From assembly GCA_964481585.1 (NCBI GenBank), contig CAYZVT010000002.1:1-42519 (forward strand): a stretch of 42,519 bases of DNA. The letters run 5' to 3'. Below are positions 26,819-36,916 of the stretch, one piece after another. The position numbers and the translations under genes were made by a program. The notes under the pieces are model-generated. The model did no database searches and was not told the DNA's origin. It saw nothing but the letters and a program-made list of their open reading frames with translations. Position 1 is the stretch's first letter, and every line of letters starts with the position of its first letter. The stretch is from an uncultured Pirellulales bacterium (GTDB lineage: Bacteria; Planctomycetota; Planctomycetia; Pirellulales; CAYZVT01).

Positions 26819-28048
26819 GTGAATCTTCTGTATTTGACTCATCGCGTTCCTGATCCGCCGAACCGCGGCGATCGCATCCGCGCGCATCATCTGCTGCGGT
26901 TCTTGAGTGAGCGGGGCCGGGTCCATCTGGCCTGTCTCGCCGACGAGCCGGTACTGCCCGAGACGCGCGGCAGACTAGAAGCCTGCTGCGAGCAGCTTGC
27001 CATTGCGCCGGTCGGAGCGCGCAGTCGCTGGGTCCGTGCGTCGCTCTCGGTCGGATGCGGACGCACGGCCACCGAAGGGCTTTTTGCCTCCCCCGAACTG
27101 CATCGCGTCGTTCGCAATTGGGCGCGCTACGTTCGCTTTGACGCCATCGTCGTCTTCTGCTCCAGCATGCTTCAGTACGTCACCGCGCCAGAGCTAGCCG
27201 GCGTGCCGCTGGTGGTCGATCTGGTCGATGTCGATAGCCAAAAGTGGTTCGATTACGCCGCCAGGTCACGGGGGCTGAAGCGTCAACTCTTCGAGCTGGA
27301 AGGACGTCGGCTGCGCCGGCTCGAATCGAGACTTCCGCCGCGCGTGCGCGGGATTACGCTCGTGAGCGAGCACGAGGCGAGCCTGTTCCGTTCCTTCTGC
27401 CCGAATGACCGGACCTACGGAATCGCCAACGGGGTCGACCTGGACTATTTCCAGCCGCAGGATGCCGGCCGCGAGCCGAGCGGAGCGATCGCTTTTGTTG
27501 GCGCGCTCGATTACCGGGCGAACGTGGAAGGGCTGCGGTGGTTCGTGGCACACGTCTGGCCGGAGCTGCGCCGCCGGCAGCCGCAGCTAAAGTTTCAGAT
27601 GGTTGGCCGCTGTCCTACGCCGGCGATTGTGAAGCTAGCGGAGGCGCCGGGCGTGGAGCTTGTGGGAGAAGTGCCCGACGTACGTCCGCATCTTGCCACT
27701 GCCGACGTAGTCGTAGCCCCACTGCAAATCGCACGCGGCATCCAGAACAAAGTTCTCGAAGCACTCGCCGCCGGCAAGACGGTCGTCGCTTCGCCCCAAG
27801 CGCTCGAAGGTTTGGCGGTCGAACCGGGCCGACACGCGATTGAAGCCGGCACGCCTCAGCAGTGGATCGCCGAGCTTGATCGGCTGACGCACGACCCGGC
27901 CGCTTGCGCGGAGCTGGGGCGCGAGGGCCGGCAGTTTGTCGAGCAGCATCACGACTGGCAGAGCTGCCTCCGGCCTTTTGCCGAACTGCTCGGCCTCGAT
28001 GGCCAACCGGCGGCCGCCCCGCGCGCGGGAGCCATGCGCCATGTCTAA
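26819..28048 (+). CDS. GT4 glycosyltransferase, PEP-CTERM/exosortase-A-associated type
   Basis: LLYLTHRVPDPPNRGDRIR, DLVDVDSQKW, NGVDLDYF, ARGIQNKVLEALA. Confidence 0.9.
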   Translation: MNLLYLTHRVPDPPNRGDRIRAHHLLRFLSERGRVHLACLADEPVLPETRGRLEACCEQLAIAPVGARSRWVRASLSVGCGRTATEGLFASPELHRVVRNWARYVRFDAIVVFCSSMLQYVTAPELAGVPLVVDLVDVDSQKWFDYAARSRGLKRQLFELEGRRLRRLESRLPPRVRGITLVSEHEASLFRSFCPNDRTYGIANGVDLDYFQPQDAGREPSGAIAFVGALDYRANVEGLRWFVAHVWPELRRRQPQLKFQMVGRCPTPAIVKLAEAPGVELVGEVPDVRPHLATADVVVAPLQIARGIQNKVLEALAAGKTVVASPQALEGLAVEPGRHAIEAGTPQQWIAELDRLTHDPAACAELGREGRQFVEQHHDWQSCLRPFAELLGLDGQPAAAPRAGAMRHV

Positions 28049-29336
28049 AGGGCTGCTCTTTACCTATCTGCTGACCTACGGCGGCGCGGTCGCTTCGCTT
28101 TTCAATCCCTTTTACGGGCTACTGATTTACTTCAGCTTCTCCGTCCTTAAGCCGGAGTCGCTTTGGCATTGGTCGGTGCCGCGTGGCAATTACAGCCGCA
28201 TCATCGGTATCGCGCTGCTGCTGGGCTGGGCGCTCAACGGCTTCGGCAACTGGGATCTGCGGCGCAGCCGGCCAATCGTGTATTTGCTGCTGGGCTACTT
28301 CGCCTGGATGGCCGTCTCCGCCGCCAACGCCGAGATCAGTCCGAGCATTGCCTGGACCGAAGTGGAGTCGCTGGCCAAGATCGTACTGCCTTTCCTCGCC
28401 GGGCTGACGCTGATCGATTCGGTGCAAAAGCTGAAGACGACAGCCTGGGTGCTGATGCTTTCCCAGGCGTACGTCGCCTACGATATGAACCAAGCCTATT
28501 ACGGCGGCTTCAACCGCGCGCTGGAAGTCGGCTTTGGCGGCATGGACAGCAACTCGGTTTCGATCGCCATGGTCTGCGGCGCCGGGCTGGCGTTTTTTCT
28601 GGGGATGGGCGAGAAAGTTTTTTGGCGACGCGCCCTGTGTTTCCTCTGCGCGGCGCTGATGGTGCATGTCCCGATGTTTGCCGAGTCACGTGGCGGACAG
28701 CTCGCCATCATTATCACGGGCGTCGTCAGCTTTTTGCTCATCCCCAAACGGCCGAAAGACTACGGCATCTTCGCCCTGGCCGTCGTGGCCGGACTGATCA
28801 TGGCCGGCCCCAGCGTCCGTGCCGAATTTTCGACCATCTTTCTCGACGAAGAAGAACGCGATGCCTCGGCCACGAGCCGGGTGGAGCTGTGGAAGGACTG
28901 CTGGGAGGTGATGCAGAACAATCCCATCACGGGGGTTGGCCCAGCACACTGGCAACTGATTGCACACGAGTTCGGCTGGACGCGGAACAAGTCGGCGCAC
29001 TCCGTTTGGTTTGAGACCGGCGCCGATCTCGGCTTTCCCGGTGTGGGCCTGCTGATGACCTTCTTCGCCGTCACCATTTGGACGCAGTGGAAGCTCTTGA
29101 AGCGGCCTCCGCTGGCCGAACCGTGGTTCGCCGATGCGGGGCGCATGACCATCGCGGCTCTAGTGGGGTATTGCATCGCGGCCTCGTTCGTGTCGCTTGA
29201 AGGCTTGGAATTGCCCTACTACGTGGCCCTGATCGGCGCGAGTTCACTGCGGCTGTCGAGCTTCTACGAACAGCCCCTACCGCGCTACCAACCGCAGATA
29301 GTCGCGGCGCCCGTTTCGCCGCGTTACTCGTCTTAG
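28041..29336 (+). CDS. O-antigen ligase/Wzy-family membrane protein
   Basis: Many TMs; ESRGG, SATSRVELW, NPITGVG, SAHSVWFETGADLGFPG; start overlaps the upstream stop. Confidence 0.85.
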   Translation: MSKGLLFTYLLTYGGAVASLFNPFYGLLIYFSFSVLKPESLWHWSVPRGNYSRIIGIALLLGWALNGFGNWDLRRSRPIVYLLLGYFAWMAVSAANAEISPSIAWTEVESLAKIVLPFLAGLTLIDSVQKLKTTAWVLMLSQAYVAYDMNQAYYGGFNRALEVGFGGMDSNSVSIAMVCGAGLAFFLGMGEKVFWRRALCFLCAALMVHVPMFAESRGGQLAIIITGVVSFLLIPKRPKDYGIFALAVVAGLIMAGPSVRAEFSTIFLDEEERDASATSRVELWKDCWEVMQNNPITGVGPAHWQLIAHEFGWTRNKSAHSVWFETGADLGFPGVGLLMTFFAVTIWTQWKLLKRPPLAEPWFADAGRMTIAALVGYCIAASFVSLEGLELPYYVALIGASSLRLSSFYEQPLPRYQPQIVAAPVSPRYSS

Positions 29337-29363
29337 CTGCCTGTCCTTGCTTTGAAGAACGCC

Positions 29364-30254
29364 ATGAGCATTACGTCCTCACCTCCGCAGACTGCCCCCG
29401 AATCGCTGGCGCAACCCGCCGAGCACGCGGAGCCGGCGGTGGTCACGATCGAAGCCAAGTCCGGTTGGCAGTCGCTTGAGCTGCGCGAGCTGTGGCGCTA
29501 TCGCGAGTTGCTGTACTTCCTCACCTGGCGGGACGTGAAGATCAAGTACAAGCAAACCGTCTTTGGCGCGACCTGGGCGGTTATGCAGCCGCTCGCGTCG
29601 ATGCTCGTCTTCAGCATCTTGTTTGGGCGGCTCGTGGGGCTGAACAAGGAAACCGGCGGGATTCCCTACCCGATCTTTGTCTTTGCCGGGCTGCTGCCCT
29701 GGAATCTATTTAACCAGTGCCTGCTGGGCGCCAGCGGCAGCCTCGTCGGCAATAGCAACATGATCACCAAGATCTACTTTCCGCGGTTGATCATTCCGAT
29801 CGCCGCCGCGGGAGGAAACCTGGTGAACTTCGCTATCTCGCTGGCGATTCTGCTTGTGATGATGGCGTACTACCAAATCATGCCTGGGATGGAGATTTTG
29901 CTACTGCCGGTCTTGCTCGTGCTGGCCCTGCTCGCTTCGCTGGCAGTCGGGATTTGGCTCGCGGCGATGAACGTGGCCTACCGTGACTTCCGCCACGCGG
30001 TGCCCTTCATTGCCCAAATGTGGATGTACCTGACCCCCGTGATCTGGCCGGTGACGATCGTCCCCGAACAGTGGCGGTGGATCATCGCGCTGAACCCGCT
30101 GGCGGGCATCGTCGACGGCTTCCGCTACAGCCTGTTCGGGCAGCCGCTCGACTGGACGCGGCTGCTGATCGCCAGCGCCGTGACGGTCGTGGCCTTCCTG
30201 GCGGCCGTCTTTTACTTCCGCCGCGTCGAAACCCATTTCGCCGACATTATCTAG
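29364..30254 (+). CDS. wzm: ABC-2 polysaccharide exporter permease
   Basis: ELWRYRELLYFLTWRDVKIKYKQTVFGATWAVMQP, KIYFPR, NPLAGIVDGFR. Confidence 0.93.
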   Translation: MSITSSPPQTAPESLAQPAEHAEPAVVTIEAKSGWQSLELRELWRYRELLYFLTWRDVKIKYKQTVFGATWAVMQPLASMLVFSILFGRLVGLNKETGGIPYPIFVFAGLLPWNLFNQCLLGASGSLVGNSNMITKIYFPRLIIPIAAAGGNLVNFAISLAILLVMMAYYQIMPGMEILLLPVLLVLALLASLAVGIWLAAMNVAYRDFRHAVPFIAQMWMYLTPVIWPVTIVPEQWRWIIALNPLAGIVDGFRYSLFGQPLDWTRLLIASAVTVVAFLAAVFYFRRVETHFADII

Positions 30255-30273
30255 CCCGCATCGCGCTCCGCTC

Positions 30274-31569
30274 ATGAATCCGGCTATCGAAGTCGAAAAC
30301 CTCTCCAAACTCTACCGCGTCAATCTCGGCAGCCAGCCGGCGGGAATGGGCGATCTGCGCGACGCGCTGGCGCGCGCCGTGAGCGGCACGCTCTACCGTC
30401 TGCGCCACGGAGCCGCGTACAGTCACACCACCGAGGAGTTTTGGGCGCTCAAGGACATCAGCTTCCGGATCGAGCCGGGAAAGGTGCTCGGCGTGATCGG
30501 CCATAACGGGGCCGGCAAGAGCACACTGCTCAAGATTCTCTCGCGCATCACCGAACCGACCTCGGGCCGGGCGCGGATTCGCGGCCAAGTCGCTAGTTTG
30601 CTAGAGGTCGGCACTGGCTTTCATCCAGAACTCAGTGGACGCGAGAACGTTTTCCTCAACGGCTCGGTTCTCGGCATGAAGCGAAGCGACATCGTCAAGA
30701 ACTTCGACGAGATCGTCTCGTTCGCCGGCATCGAAAAATTCATCGACACGCCCGTTAAGCGATATTCCTCCGGAATGCGCGTGCGGCTCGCTTTTGCCGT
30801 GGCGGCCCATTTGCAGCCCGAAATCTTGATTATCGACGAAGTGCTCGCCGTGGGCGATGCCCAGTTCCAGCAGAAGTGCATGGGCAAGATGGGCGACGTG
30901 GCGCGCTCGGGCCGAACGATCTTGTTCGTCAGCCACAATCTGTTCGCCGTGCAAGCGCTGTGCGACGAGATCCTCTGGCTCGATCGCGGTCAGGTGCGCC
31001 AAGCGGGCGAGCCGTCTGAGGTCATTCCGGCTTACATGAATCAGGTCGTGAAAACCGAACGCGAGCTGGTCTGGCCCGAGCTTGATTCCGCTCCCGGCAA
31101 CGAGCGCGTCTCGATTGGCCGCGTGGCTGTCGCGCCCCCCGGCGGGACGACCTCGGACCCGATTTACATGAACACGCCGATCAACGTGCAGGTGGATTTC
31201 TTCAACCACCAGGACGAGGCGATGCTTGACGTTACCGTCCAGTTCGTGACCGATCAGGAAGTGATTGCCTTCCCGTCGAGCACACTCCACAAGCAGTGCA
31301 TCCGCGAGCCACTCAAGCGTGGCTGGCACCAAGCAACCTGCTTCGTGCCAGCGAATCTGCTGAATCATGGCGTCTACCGGCTCCGCGTGATGATCGTCGC
31401 CGACCAGAGCCGCGTTGATTATCGGTTGAACGAGATCCTTTCTTTCGAGGTGCTCGATTCGAGTGAGTCTCGCGGCGCGTGGTTTGGCAAGCGTGCCGGC
31501 GCGGTCCATCCGATTCTTGATTGGTCGCTCGAAACGACCGAGGGGCCGGTCGCGCAGCGTTCCTTGTAG
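30274..31569 (+). CDS. wzt: ABC polysaccharide exporter ATPase with C-terminal Wzt_C-like domain
   Basis: GHNGAGKST, YSSGMRVRLAFAVA, ILIIDEVLAVGD, VSH; ~170-aa beta-rich C-terminal extension. Confidence 0.94.
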   Translation: MNPAIEVENLSKLYRVNLGSQPAGMGDLRDALARAVSGTLYRLRHGAAYSHTTEEFWALKDISFRIEPGKVLGVIGHNGAGKSTLLKILSRITEPTSGRARIRGQVASLLEVGTGFHPELSGRENVFLNGSVLGMKRSDIVKNFDEIVSFAGIEKFIDTPVKRYSSGMRVRLAFAVAAHLQPEILIIDEVLAVGDAQFQQKCMGKMGDVARSGRTILFVSHNLFAVQALCDEILWLDRGQVRQAGEPSEVIPAYMNQVVKTERELVWPELDSAPGNERVSIGRVAVAPPGGTTSDPIYMNTPINVQVDFFNHQDEAMLDVTVQFVTDQEVIAFPSSTLHKQCIREPLKRGWHQATCFVPANLLNHGVYRLRVMIVADQSRVDYRLNEILSFEVLDSSESRGAWFGKRAGAVHPILDWSLETTEGPVAQRSL

Positions 31570-31601
31570 TGCTCTGGCAAGATTCGCGGCTGACTCGAAG
31601 C

Positions 31602-32567
31602 ATGAAAACGCTCTCCGCCGAAGCCTGTCCCGACTTCGATATCCGCAATCGGCAGCTGGTGCTGATTATCGGCTCGCCGCGGAGCGGCACGACGTGGCTG
31701 CACGGCATGATTTCCGAGCACGCGGCCACCGCCGGAATGGCGGAGGTCGAGCAGACGCTGTTCAGCCGTTATTTGCAGCCGCTCGTCGATTCCTATGATC
31801 GCGAGGTGCGCAATGTCCAAGAAAAAGGCTGGATGCAAGGCTTGCCACTGCTCTGGAGTCAGGCGGAGTTTGACGGCTTTATCTACAGTTTCTTGAATCA
31901 GGCCTACGCGAAGCTCGCGGCTCAGAACCCGCGCGCCACGCACATCGTGGACAAGCATCCCGGCTACACGCTGCACTTGCCCCTGATCCACCGCTTGCTG
32001 CCTCGCACGAAGTTCATTCACCTCATCCGCGACGGGCGGAACGTTGCCGTCTCGATGATTTCCGCGCACAAGCAAGCCGGCTTTGGTCCAGATAACGCCG
32101 CCGATGCGGCAGCACTGTGGAAGCGGCACCTTCTACTCGGGCGCACCGCGGCCAGGCTCGCTCCCGGCAACTATCTTGAGTTGAAATACGAAGAGATCGC
32201 AGACGGGCCACATGAGGGGCTGAAACGTATCTTTCAGTTCCTTGACCTTGAAGCGGCGGACGATCAAGTCGAGCAAATCGCGGGACGGCATGCCTTTGAA
32301 AAGCGGCAAGTCAGCCTCGCCAACCGCGAGATCGGCAAACAAGCCCGCGAGGCGCATTCGGCCTGGATGCAAAAGCTCTCGCTCGACGAGCGCTACGACG
32401 TGTTTAAGAACGCGGGCGATCTACTCCGCGAGTTGAACTACGCCACCGACGACCGCTGGTGGTATGACGGCTCCGCCCAGCGGGCGAGCTTTCTCTGCCG
32501 ACGATTCACCCAGAAGATAGCGCGGCGCGGGCGGGAAACGGCCCGCACGCTCTTGGGGCGGCGGTAG
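31602..32567 (+). CDS. PAPS-dependent sulfotransferase
   Basis: IIGSPRSGTTWL (5'-PSB loop), VDKHP, FIHLIRDGRNVAVS (3'-PB), LKYEE. Confidence 0.9.
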   Translation: MKTLSAEACPDFDIRNRQLVLIIGSPRSGTTWLHGMISEHAATAGMAEVEQTLFSRYLQPLVDSYDREVRNVQEKGWMQGLPLLWSQAEFDGFIYSFLNQAYAKLAAQNPRATHIVDKHPGYTLHLPLIHRLLPRTKFIHLIRDGRNVAVSMISAHKQAGFGPDNAADAAALWKRHLLLGRTAARLAPGNYLELKYEEIADGPHEGLKRIFQFLDLEAADDQVEQIAGRHAFEKRQVSLANREIGKQAREAHSAWMQKLSLDERYDVFKNAGDLLRELNYATDDRWWYDGSAQRASFLCRRFTQKIARRGRETARTLLGRR

Positions 32568-32628
32568 AAGCGGCACGCACGTCTTCTCGTCTCCTGCTCT
32601 TCCTGCTCCTCTTCCAGTAGCCGATCCC

Positions 32629-33852
32629 ATGGCCTCCATGACTGAACGTGACTCGCCTCCGACGGTGGATACCCTCGCTCTTTTCGGCGGGACGCCGGCC
32701 TTCGATCAGCTGCTGCATGTCGGGCGTCCCAACATCGGCAATCGAGCAGAGCTTTTTGCCCGCATCGGCGAAATCCTCGACCGCAACTGGCTCACCAACG
32801 ATGGACCCGTTGTCAAAGAGTTCGAGCGGCGAATCGCCGAGTACGCGGGCGTCGAGCACTGTATCGCCATGTGCAACGGTACCGTGGCGCTCGAAATTCT
32901 TATCCGTGCGGCGGACTTGGAGGGGGAAGTGATCGTCCCCTCCTACACCTTTATCGCCACGGCTCACGCCCTTCAGTGGCAAAACATCACGCCCGTCTTC
33001 TGTGACATCGACCGCGACACATACAACCTCGATCCGGCGCGGGTCGAAGAGCTTATCACGCCGCGCACCACCGGCATCATCGGTGTCCACACCTACGGCC
33101 GCTGCTGCGATGTCGCAGGGCTGCAGGCCGTCGCCAACCGGCACAACCTGACTTTGCTGTTCGATGCCGCGCACGCGCTGGGCTGCTCGTACCGGGGCAC
33201 GCCCGTCGGCGGCCTGGGGGCGGCCGAGGTCTATAGCTTCCATGCCACGAAGTTCGTCAACTCCTTTGAAGGGGGCGCGGTCGTCACCAATGACGACCAA
33301 CTGGCGGCGAAGATTCGCCTGATGCGCAACTTCGGCTACGGCGGCATCGACAACGTGATCTACATCGGCACCAACGGCAAAATGCCCGAAGTCTGCGCCG
33401 CGATGGGCATCACCTCGCTCGACTCGATCAACGATATCGTGGCCGCGAACCGCCGCAACTATCTGGAATACCACCGCTGTCTTGCGGGTCTGCCGGGCGT
33501 GCGTCTGCTCCGATACGATGAGTCGGAATCGAACAATTATCAGTACGTAATTTTAGAGATCGAGGAGAGCGAAAGCGGCCTGTCGCGGGACGCTCTGCTG
33601 CGTGTGCTTGAGGCAGAAAACATTCTCGCGCGGCGGTACTTCTATCCTGGCTGTCATCGGATGGAACCCTACCGCTCGCTCTTTCCCAAAACGCATCTCT
33701 GGCTGCCCAATACCGAACACACCTCGCAGCGGGTGCTTTCGCTACCGACCGGCTGTGCCATGAGCCTCGAAAACGTCCAAACCGTCGGGAGCTTGATCCG
33801 CTTTGCGATTGAAAACAGCCGTGAAATCGCTCGCCGGCTGACGGTCCTTTGA
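32629..33852 (+). CDS. DegT/DnrJ/EryC1/StrS aminotransferase (DesI/VioA-like, NDP-4-keto-6-deoxyhexose 4-aminotransferase)
   Basis: LHVGRPNIG, WLTNDGP, PSYTFIAT, FDAAHA, SFHATKFVNSFEGG (PLP Lys), GTNGKMPE, ARRYFYP. Confidence 0.9.
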   Translation: MASMTERDSPPTVDTLALFGGTPAFDQLLHVGRPNIGNRAELFARIGEILDRNWLTNDGPVVKEFERRIAEYAGVEHCIAMCNGTVALEILIRAADLEGEVIVPSYTFIATAHALQWQNITPVFCDIDRDTYNLDPARVEELITPRTTGIIGVHTYGRCCDVAGLQAVANRHNLTLLFDAAHALGCSYRGTPVGGLGAAEVYSFHATKFVNSFEGGAVVTNDDQLAAKIRLMRNFGYGGIDNVIYIGTNGKMPEVCAAMGITSLDSINDIVAANRRNYLEYHRCLAGLPGVRLLRYDESESNNYQYVILEIEESESGLSRDALLRVLEAENILARRYFYPGCHRMEPYRSLFPKTHLWLPNTEHTSQRVLSLPTGCAMSLENVQTVGSLIRFAIENSREIARRLTVL

Positions 33853-33879
33853 TTGGCCCTCCCCCTCCTGTTTGCTGCC

Positions 33880-34956
33880 ATGTCTAGCGCATCTTCCCAG
33901 ACCGCCCCTTCCGCCGCCGGCTCGCCGACCGTGCCGAAGGTAAGCGTGTGCATGGTTGCTTACAACCACGAGCCGTACATCGAGCAGTCGCTCGACAGCG
34001 TGCTGATGCAACAAACCTCTTTTCCGATTGAAATCATCCTCGGCGAAGATGAATCGTCGGACGCCACGCGGGCGATCTGCCAGCGCTATGCGGCCGAGCA
34101 TCCCGACAAGCTGCGTTTGATTCTGCAGGACCGTCGCTACATCAGCTACAAAGACGGAGCACCCACCGGCGTCAAAAACCTGATCGACGTGCTCTCCGCG
34201 GCCCGTGGCGAATACATCGCGCTGCTGGAAGGGGACGACTACTGGACCGATCCGCATAAGCTGCAGTCTCAAGCCGACTTTCTCGACACCCACGCCGACT
34301 GCGCCGGCTGCTTTCACGATACGCAGGTGGTCTACGAGGACAACACCCCGTCCCATCTCTTTCGCACCTACCATCGTGATCGTTTCGCGGTGCAGGACAC
34401 GCTCGGAGTCGTGGCACTGCTGCACACCTCATCATTCTTCCTGCGGCGGAGCTGTCTGGAATTGCCAGAATGGCTTTTGGACGTGTTGAGCCTGGACATG
34501 GCGCTTTTCGCCATCGTGGCCAATCATGGTGAGCTGGGATACCTGCCGGGAGCGCACAGCGTCTATCGCATCAATCGCCAGGGGATCACGCACCAGGTTC
34601 GTCAGCAATCTCAGCGGATGCAGTCGTCGCGCGCGGCGGCCGCGCCGCCGCGCGTCGACCATCTCCGCCGCTACCGCCGGCACCGCATGGAGCTGTTGCA
34701 GAGGGTCGACGCGCATCTCGGCTATCGCTACTCCTCCAAGGTGAAAGAGTCGTTTCGCGAACACTTGGTGGCCGACATCGACCTGGCGCTGTGCGAGGGG
34801 GATCGGCGCGGAGCGCGGCAGCAGTTCTGGCGTTACGTGAACACCGACCGGCGGATGCTGTGGACCCGCACGCCGCACGTGGCCTCGCTCGCCATGAAGG
34901 TCATGCTGCCGCGATGCCACGCCTGGCTGAAACGGTTGGTCCAATCCGGTTCGTAG
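33880..34956 (+). CDS. GT2 glycosyltransferase
   Basis: VSVCMVAYNHEPYIEQ, GEDESSD, YIALLEGDDYWTDPHKLQ. Confidence 0.9.
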   Translation: MSSASSQTAPSAAGSPTVPKVSVCMVAYNHEPYIEQSLDSVLMQQTSFPIEIILGEDESSDATRAICQRYAAEHPDKLRLILQDRRYISYKDGAPTGVKNLIDVLSAARGEYIALLEGDDYWTDPHKLQSQADFLDTHADCAGCFHDTQVVYEDNTPSHLFRTYHRDRFAVQDTLGVVALLHTSSFFLRRSCLELPEWLLDVLSLDMALFAIVANHGELGYLPGAHSVYRINRQGITHQVRQQSQRMQSSRAAAAPPRVDHLRRYRRHRMELLQRVDAHLGYRYSSKVKESFREHLVADIDLALCEGDRRGARQQFWRYVNTDRRMLWTRTPHVASLAMKVMLPRCHAWLKRLVQSGS

Positions 34957-34982
34957 TTTTCGCACCTCGGATAGAACTGCTC

Positions 34983-35687
34983 ATGCTTCGCACCTTGTAC
35001 CGAACCTTGCTCCCACAGCGCGTGCGTGCCGGCGTCTACGGCCGCGTGGCTCCGCTATTCGAGGACTACTACCGCGAGAAGCGGCGTGTGGTTGAAGCCG
35101 CGCGCAGCCGCACGCTGCCGTCTGTGGAGGTGCAGCCGCGCCATCTCGAGAACGCGCAGCTGCTGACGGACCGGAGCGAACTTCTCCGGCGGCTGCCCCG
35201 AGGTGCGGTGGTCGCCGAGGTGGGTGTCAACCAAGGCGATTTCTCCCAGGAGATTCTCGACCTGGCTCAGCCGCAACGGCTGCATCTGATCGACCCGTGG
35301 GAGAGCGAGCGCTATCATGACGGCCTGATGAACAAGGTCCGCGACCGCTTTCGCCTGCAGTTGGACTCCGGCCAAGTCGTTCTGCATCGCGGCTATTCCA
35401 CCACGGAACTGCCGCAGTTCGAGCCGGGATACTTCGATTGGGTCTATATTGACACGACGCATACTTACGACACCACCGCCCAAGAGCTGGAAATCTGCCG
35501 CAGCCGAGTCAAGCCGGACGGCATCATTGCCGGCCATGACTACGTCACCGGCAACTGGGAGAGCCACTTCCGCTACGGAGTCGTCGAGGCCGTCAACGAG
35601 TTTTGCGTGCGCCACGATTGGCAGTTCATCTACCTCACGCATGAAACCCATCGGCACCTGAGCTTCGCCATCACGCCGATCCGCTAG
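34983..35687 (+). CDS. Class I SAM-dependent methyltransferase (Methyltransf_24-like)
   Basis: VAEVGVNQGDFS, LIDPW, FDWVYIDTTHTY, VKPDGIIAGHDY. Confidence 0.88.
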   Translation: MLRTLYRTLLPQRVRAGVYGRVAPLFEDYYREKRRVVEAARSRTLPSVEVQPRHLENAQLLTDRSELLRRLPRGAVVAEVGVNQGDFSQEILDLAQPQRLHLIDPWESERYHDGLMNKVRDRFRLQLDSGQVVLHRGYSTTELPQFEPGYFDWVYIDTTHTYDTTAQELEICRSRVKPDGIIAGHDYVTGNWESHFRYGVVEAVNEFCVRHDWQFIYLTHETHRHLSFAITPIR

Positions 35688-35720
35688 GCGACCGTCTCGC
35701 CGCGACACCATCCCCCATCC

Positions 35721-36896
35721 ATGACCACGACCGTACAAGAACCGAGAGCCGCTGATCCATCGCAGCACGCCGCGTCAGGCTCGCTGCACGTGTGCATTGT
35801 GCAGCCGAACCGCAACGCCGTCTCCGAGACGTTCATGCGCGCCCACGCCGAGCGACTGCCGGCACGGGTTACGGTCGTGCATGGCAAGCCGGCGCATATC
35901 GGCGACCGGAGCTACGAGCCGGGAGCCTTCGAGCGGCTGGGGAGCAAATTGCACCGCAAGCTCACCGGCGGCGTCTGGATTCCCGCCGAATCCGCCTCAT
36001 TCGCCAAAGCCCTGCGGCAAGTGCGGCCGGATGTGGTGCTGGCCCAGTACGGGCTCAGCGGGGCGCTGCTCACGCGGGTCTGTCGCGCGCTGAAAATTCC
36101 CTTCGTGGTCCATTTCCACGGCTACGATGCCAGCCGGCGCGACCTTCTAGCGACGCACCGCCAGGCTTATGCCGAGATGTTCGCCGACGCCGAGGCGGTA
36201 ATCGCGGTCTCGCGCGCGATGGAGCGTCAGCTCATGGCGCTCGGCGCGCCGGCTGAGAAGCTGCATTACAGCACCTATGGCGTCGACTGCGAGAGGTTCT
36301 CCCAGGCCAATCCCGCAGCGGCGGAGCCGGTGTTTCTGTCGGTGGGCCGCTTCACTGACAAAAAGGCGCCACACCTGACGCTGCTTGCTTTCGCGCGCGT
36401 TGCCCAGGCCCATCCCGAAGCGCGGCTTCGGATGATTGGCGAGGGGGAACTGCTCGGCGCGTGCCGTGACTTGGCGGCGGCACTCAAAATCGAAAGCCAA
36501 GTGACGTTTCTCGGCGCGCAGCCGCACGAGCAAGTCCAGCAGCACATGCAGTCGGCCCGCGCATTCGTTCAACACTCGGTCGTCGCCACCAGCGGCGATT
36601 CCGAGGGCACCCCCGTCGCCGTGCTCGAAGCCGGCGCAAGCGGTCTGCCGGTCGTCGCGACCCGTCATGCCGGCATCCCCGATGTGGTGATCGAGGAAGA
36701 AACGGGTCTGCTGGTCGAGGAGCGGGATGTCGAGACGATGGCGGAGCATCTCCTGCGGCTGGCGCGCGATCCGCAGTTGGCCCGCCGGCTTGGACAGAAC
36801 GCCCGTCAACACATCACCCAAAACTTTTCAATGGACCAGAGCATCGCGCGCCTTTGGTCGATTCTTCAGCGCGCCGCCGGTTCGCCGAAACGGTAG
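35721..36896 (+). CDS. GT4 glycosyltransferase (WcaL-like)
   Basis: SETF, HFHGYD, VGRFTDKK, GDSEGTPVAVLEAGASGLPVVATRHAGIPDVV. Confidence 0.92.
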   Translation: MTTTVQEPRAADPSQHAASGSLHVCIVQPNRNAVSETFMRAHAERLPARVTVVHGKPAHIGDRSYEPGAFERLGSKLHRKLTGGVWIPAESASFAKALRQVRPDVVLAQYGLSGALLTRVCRALKIPFVVHFHGYDASRRDLLATHRQAYAEMFADAEAVIAVSRAMERQLMALGAPAEKLHYSTYGVDCERFSQANPAAAEPVFLSVGRFTDKKAPHLTLLAFARVAQAHPEARLRMIGEGELLGACRDLAAALKIESQVTFLGAQPHEQVQQHMQSARAFVQHSVVATSGDSEGTPVAVLEAGASGLPVVATRHAGIPDVVIEEETGLLVEERDVETMAEHLLRLARDPQLARRLGQNARQHITQNFSMDQSIARLWSILQRAAGSPKR

Positions 36897-36916
36897 GCGG
36901 TTTTCAATCGCAAAAA

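Noticed and set aside
32560-32625. GGCGGTAG ops-like core and a CT-rich hexamer-like run
   Set aside because: The core is formed by the Arg-Arg-stop codons of the sulfotransferase and lacks the downstream TG; the run is short and degenerate.
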